From Hyphomicrobiales bacterium (GTDB lineage: Bacteria > Pseudomonadota > Alphaproteobacteria > Rhizobiales > JAJFHC01): a DNA stretch of 64,000 bases. The notes under the pieces are model-generated. The model was not told the DNA's origin, made no database searches, and saw only the letters and a program-made list of their open reading frames with translations. Shown here piece by piece: positions 60,885-64,000 of the stretch. Each line of letters starts with the position of its first letter. Position 1 is the first letter of the stretch. The stretch spans positions 983,750 to 1,047,749 of the forward strand of contig OZ245783.1 in NCBI GenBank assembly GCA_965227875.1. Direction: 5' to 3'. Made by a program: the position numbers and the translations under genes.

Positions 60885-61367
60885 TCAGGACGCCGCTCCG
60901 CCGGTCACCACCGTGACGGCGCGTCGGTTCTGCGACCAGCACGATTCCGCGTCGCAAAGCGCCACCGGCCGTTCCTTGCCGTAGGATATCGTGCGGATCC
61001 GCGCGGCATCGACACCCTGGCTGACCAGGTAGGCCTTGGTGGTCGCCGACCGCCGTGCGCTCAGGCCGAGGTTGTACTCGCGCGTGCCACGCTCGTCGGC
61101 ATGGCCTTCGACCAGGATCGTCACCTGCGGATACTGTTTGAGCCAGGCGGCCTGACGGCTGAGCGTCTGGCGGGCGGTATCGGTCAGCGTGGTGATGTCG
61201 GTCGGGAAGAACACCCTGTCACCCACATTGACGATGAAATCCTGCTCGGAGCCAGGCGTCGCAGCGGTCCGGCTGTTGAGCGTATTGTTCGAGGACGAAC
61301 AGGCCGCCAGAGCCAAGAGAAGACCGCCAAGCAATAGGTTTCTGACATGAATCGCATGTCGCGCCAT
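60885..61367 (-). CDS. pal: peptidoglycan-associated lipoprotein Pal
   Basis: Lipobox LALAAC and an OmpA-like domain (VEGHADERGTREYNLGLSARRS). AGGAG RBS before ATG 61367. Confidence 0.93.
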   Translation of the reverse strand: MARHAIHVRNLLLGGLLLALAACSSSNNTLNSRTAATPGSEQDFIVNVGDRVFFPTDITTLTDTARQTLSRQAAWLKQYPQVTILVEGHADERGTREYNLGLSARRSATTKAYLVSQGVDAARIRTISYGKERPVALCDAESCWSQNRRAVTVVTGGAAS

Positions 61368-61536
61368 TCGAAAATACTCCTGAATTACCGACACGTCTGG
61401 CACCTGTGAAATAAAGCTCTGTTTCCGCCGCGCGGTTCTGGACCGCCACCGCCCCCTGCCGGAACGGTCACCTGATCGGTTGTTTATCTGATTTTGGCCT
61501 CTGGCATAAATGCCGTTTCACACTACTTCGACGCGG

Positions 61537-62892
61537 TTAATTGATCAAGGGCGACCAAGCGGGGTCGGACGCCCAGTTCTGGGTTTCGATCTTGCGTTCA
61601 TTGTGGCCGGTGAGGTCCACCATCCACAGTTTCGGCCCGCCCGTGGGCCCTCCCGTCTCCCGGAAGAACATCAGCACACGGCCGTTCGGCGCCCATGTCG
61701 GGCCCTCGTTGTGACGGCCTTCCGTCAGCACCCTCTCGCGGCTGCCGTCCGGGCGCATGACTCCGATGAGGAACTTGCCGCCGGTGATCTTCGTGAAGGC
61801 GATGAGGTCGCCGCGCGGCGACCATACCGGCGTCGAGTAGCGGCCCTTGCCGAACGTGATGCGGCGCTGGTTGGACCCGTCGGCGTTCATGACGTAGATC
61901 TGCGTGCCGCCGGCCCGGTCGGACGAAAACGTGATCTGACGGCCGTCGGGCGAATAGGACGGGGACGTGTCGATCGCCGCGGTGTTGGTGAGCCGGGTCA
62001 TCTTCCGGGTCCGCAGGTCCATCGAATAGATGTTGGAATGCACCCCGCGCGAAAGGCTCATGACGACGCGCTGGCCATCTGGGGAAAACCGCGGCGCGAA
62101 GGTCATGCCCGGGAACTTGCCCACGGCCTCCTGCTGGCCGGTCTCGATGTTGAACAGGAAGACGCTGGGGTTGTCCCCGCGGTAGGACATGTAAGTGATT
62201 TCCTGCTGGTTCGGGCTGAACCTGGGCGTCAGGACGAGATCGTTGCCGTTCGTCAGGCGCCGGAAGTTGTGGCCGTCCTGGTCCATGATGGCGAGCCGCT
62301 TGACCCGGTTCTCCTTCGGGCCAGACTCCTCGATGAACACGATCCGCGTGTCGAAATATCCCTTCTCGCCCGTGAGACGCTTGTAGATCTCGTCGGAAAT
62401 CAGGTGCCCGACCCGCCGCCAGTTGCCCGGCGTGGTCAGGAAACCGTGCTCCAGCAACTTCTTCTGCCCGAAGACGTCCCACAGGCGGAATTCGGCCTTG
62501 AGCCGCCCGTCGCCCTGGATCGTGATCTGGCCGGTGACCAGCGCCTGGGCGTTGATGATGCGCCAGTCGCCGAATCGCGGCGCGTTGGTGAAGGTGTTGA
62601 TCTTCTCGATGTAGGAAGCCTGGTCGAGCGGCTGGAAGAGCCCGGAACTGCGCAGGTTGTTCATGACCACGCCGACGATGTCCTGCCCCAGTTGCGCGTC
62701 CTTGCCGGACTTGCCGACGAAATTCGGCAAGGCGATCGGCATCGGCTGGATGCGGCCCTGGGTCAGGTCGAGTTCGAGTTCGGCCCTGGCTTCGCCGGCC
62801 GGCATCGCGAAGATCGTCAGCGCGATCGCGACCAGACCCGCCATGCGGGCAATGGTCCCGTGAGCCCGCCGCTTGCACGTCATTGATGACAT
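61537..62892 (-). CDS. tolB: Tol-Pal system beta-propeller protein TolB
   Basis: A signal peptide and repeated WD-like blades ([38 protein letters not shown]). Start taken at ATG 62892 (GAGG 5 nt upstream). Confidence 0.93.
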   Translation of the reverse strand: MSSMTCKRRAHGTIARMAGLVAIALTIFAMPAGEARAELELDLTQGRIQPMPIALPNFVGKSGKDAQLGQDIVGVVMNNLRSSGLFQPLDQASYIEKINTFTNAPRFGDWRIINAQALVTGQITIQGDGRLKAEFRLWDVFGQKKLLEHGFLTTPGNWRRVGHLISDEIYKRLTGEKGYFDTRIVFIEESGPKENRVKRLAIMDQDGHNFRRLTNGNDLVLTPRFSPNQQEITYMSYRGDNPSVFLFNIETGQQEAVGKFPGMTFAPRFSPDGQRVVMSLSRGVHSNIYSMDLRTRKMTRLTNTAAIDTSPSYSPDGRQITFSSDRAGGTQIYVMNADGSNQRRITFGKGRYSTPVWSPRGDLIAFTKITGGKFLIGVMRPDGSRERVLTEGRHNEGPTWAPNGRVLMFFRETGGPTGGPKLWMVDLTGHNERKIETQNWASDPAWSPLIN

Positions 62893-62977
62893 TCGAACCT
62901 CTTCTCTTTTTGTTCCGGCCGCTGCAATCATCGTCATTGAACGCCTTTTGTCACTGTGCGGTTCCGTCCGCACTCCG

Positions 62978-63886
62978 TCATCCGCCCAACATCTGCCGCG
63001 GGTCGAAATTCAGGATGACACGTTTCCATGCATCGTATTTCTCCGCCGGCATCTCGTAGGGCTGGCAAATATGTACCGCCCGGATCGCGCTGTCCGCGGC
63101 CGCCCGAAAATAGGCGCCGGAGCCCGAGTTGAGAAGCTGCGGCGGGCCCTGGAGCGTACCGTCCGGCTTCAGCGCGATCCGCAACCGCACCACGAGATCC
63201 TCCGCACCTGCCGCACCGACCGGCGGAGACCAGCACGCCTCGATCTGCTCGCGCAATGCGTCCCGTTCGTCCCGCGTGACCACGATATCGGTCCCCTGCA
63301 GGAACTGGTCGCCCAGTTCCGGAATCCCGTCCTCCTCGGAGCTCGACTTGATCTCGCGTTTCTTCTTTTCGGGCGTCTTGTCGAGAAGCGCCGCGATCTC
63401 GTCGAGCTGGAATTCCGGTTCCTTCTTCTTCGGCTTGGGTTTCGGTTTCTTCTTTTCCGGCTTCTTGGCCTGCTGCTTGGGTTTCTCGGGCTTTTTCTTA
63501 GGTTTCGGGTCGGGCTTCTTTTCCGCCTTGACCGGTTTCTTCTCCTGCGGCGGCTTGGGCGTCACGGCCTCCGGCGCGGGTTCGGGTTTCTTGGGTTTCG
63601 GCGCCGGTTCCGAAGGTTTCACCGGGGCCTTCTGCTCGACCTCCGCGGTCTTGGGTTTCTCCGGAGCTTTTTCCACCTTCTTGGGCGCCGGCTTTTTGTT
63701 CGGTTCGGGTTTCTGCTTGTTCTTCGACTGCGCCTTGAGCTTCGTCAGTTCCGAGAAGTCGACGATCTCCACCGGTACGGATTCGGTCAGCTTCACGTCG
63801 AATTCCTTTGTCTTCGGCAAGCCGAAGAAGGCCACGGCGAGAATGACCCCGTGCACCAGAACGGAAATGACGACGCTGACCGGCAT
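62978..63886 (-). CDS. tolA: cell-envelope integrity protein TolA
   Basis: An N-terminal TM, a long Lys/Pro/Glu/Ala-rich region ([21 protein letters not shown]...) and a C-terminal TolA/TonB-like domain. Located between tolR and tolB. Confidence 0.88.
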   Translation of the reverse strand: MPVSVVISVLVHGVILAVAFFGLPKTKEFDVKLTESVPVEIVDFSELTKLKAQSKNKQKPEPNKKPAPKKVEKAPEKPKTAEVEQKAPVKPSEPAPKPKKPEPAPEAVTPKPPQEKKPVKAEKKPDPKPKKKPEKPKQQAKKPEKKKPKPKPKKKEPEFQLDEIAALLDKTPEKKKREIKSSSEEDGIPELGDQFLQGTDIVVTRDERDALREQIEACWSPPVGAAGAEDLVVRLRIALKPDGTLQGPPQLLNSGSGAYFRAAADSAIRAVHICQPYEMPAEKYDAWKRVILNFDPRQMLGG

Positions 63887-63894
63887 GGCGTGCC

Positions 63895-64000
63895 CTACTG
63901 CTGCTCCTCGAGTTCGGTAACCAGTCCGATGCGCTTGAAGCCGGCCGCGCTGACACGGCCCATGACCTGCATCACGGTGCCGTAATCCACGGTGCGGTCG
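63895..64000 (-). CDS. tolR: TolR/ExbD-family protein, C-terminal 35 codons only (runs off the right edge)
   Basis: My translation of the minus strand gives ...DRTVDYGTVMQVMGRVSAAGFKRIGLVTELEEQQ*. This matches the ExbD/TolR C-terminus, in the position upstream of tolA. Confidence 0.7.
   Translation of the reverse strand, partial: DRTVDYGTVMQVMGRVSAAGFKRIGLVTELEEQQ

Overview
High-GC alphaproteobacterial chromosome segment, with gene order like the Caulobacter hook/fliF region. The left ~2 kb is visibly AT-richer: a decayed integrase and two orphan genes abutting the 3' end of a tRNA-Met(CAU), i.e. a genomic-island remnant. Next come mnmA and a flagellar/cell-cycle/chemotaxis supercluster: fliK-flgD, sciP, a ~0.46-kb tandem repeat array, fliF-fliG-fliH-fliN-flbD-flhA, a cupin/JmjC-like oxygenase behind a consensus sigma-54 promoter, yajQ, fliI-fliJ, ctrA, cheR-cheB-cheY-cheW-cheA (CheA has a C-terminal receiver) and chpT. 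The right half is mostly housekeeping: MscS-cNMP channel, rluD, rpoH, autotransporter, purA, serA-serC, MCP with a C-terminal PilZ domain, gentisate dioxygenase, two Omp25/31-like porins, lysE, glmM, folP, ftsH, tilS and cpoB-pal-tolB-tolA-tolR. It also holds an unusual 990-aa SerC-like/SerA-like fusion next to a GMC oxidoreductase. The leads I rate highest are (1) contiguous ctrA / che operon with hybrid CheA-REC / chpT, (2) the sigma-54-driven oxygenase in the flagellar cluster, (3) the aminotransferase-dehydrogenase fusion, and (4) the hairpin-rich repeat array upstream of fliF. All calls rest on reading the translations and DNA by eye; no database search was possible. Many long ORFs in the track are antisense artefacts of high GC and were discarded.
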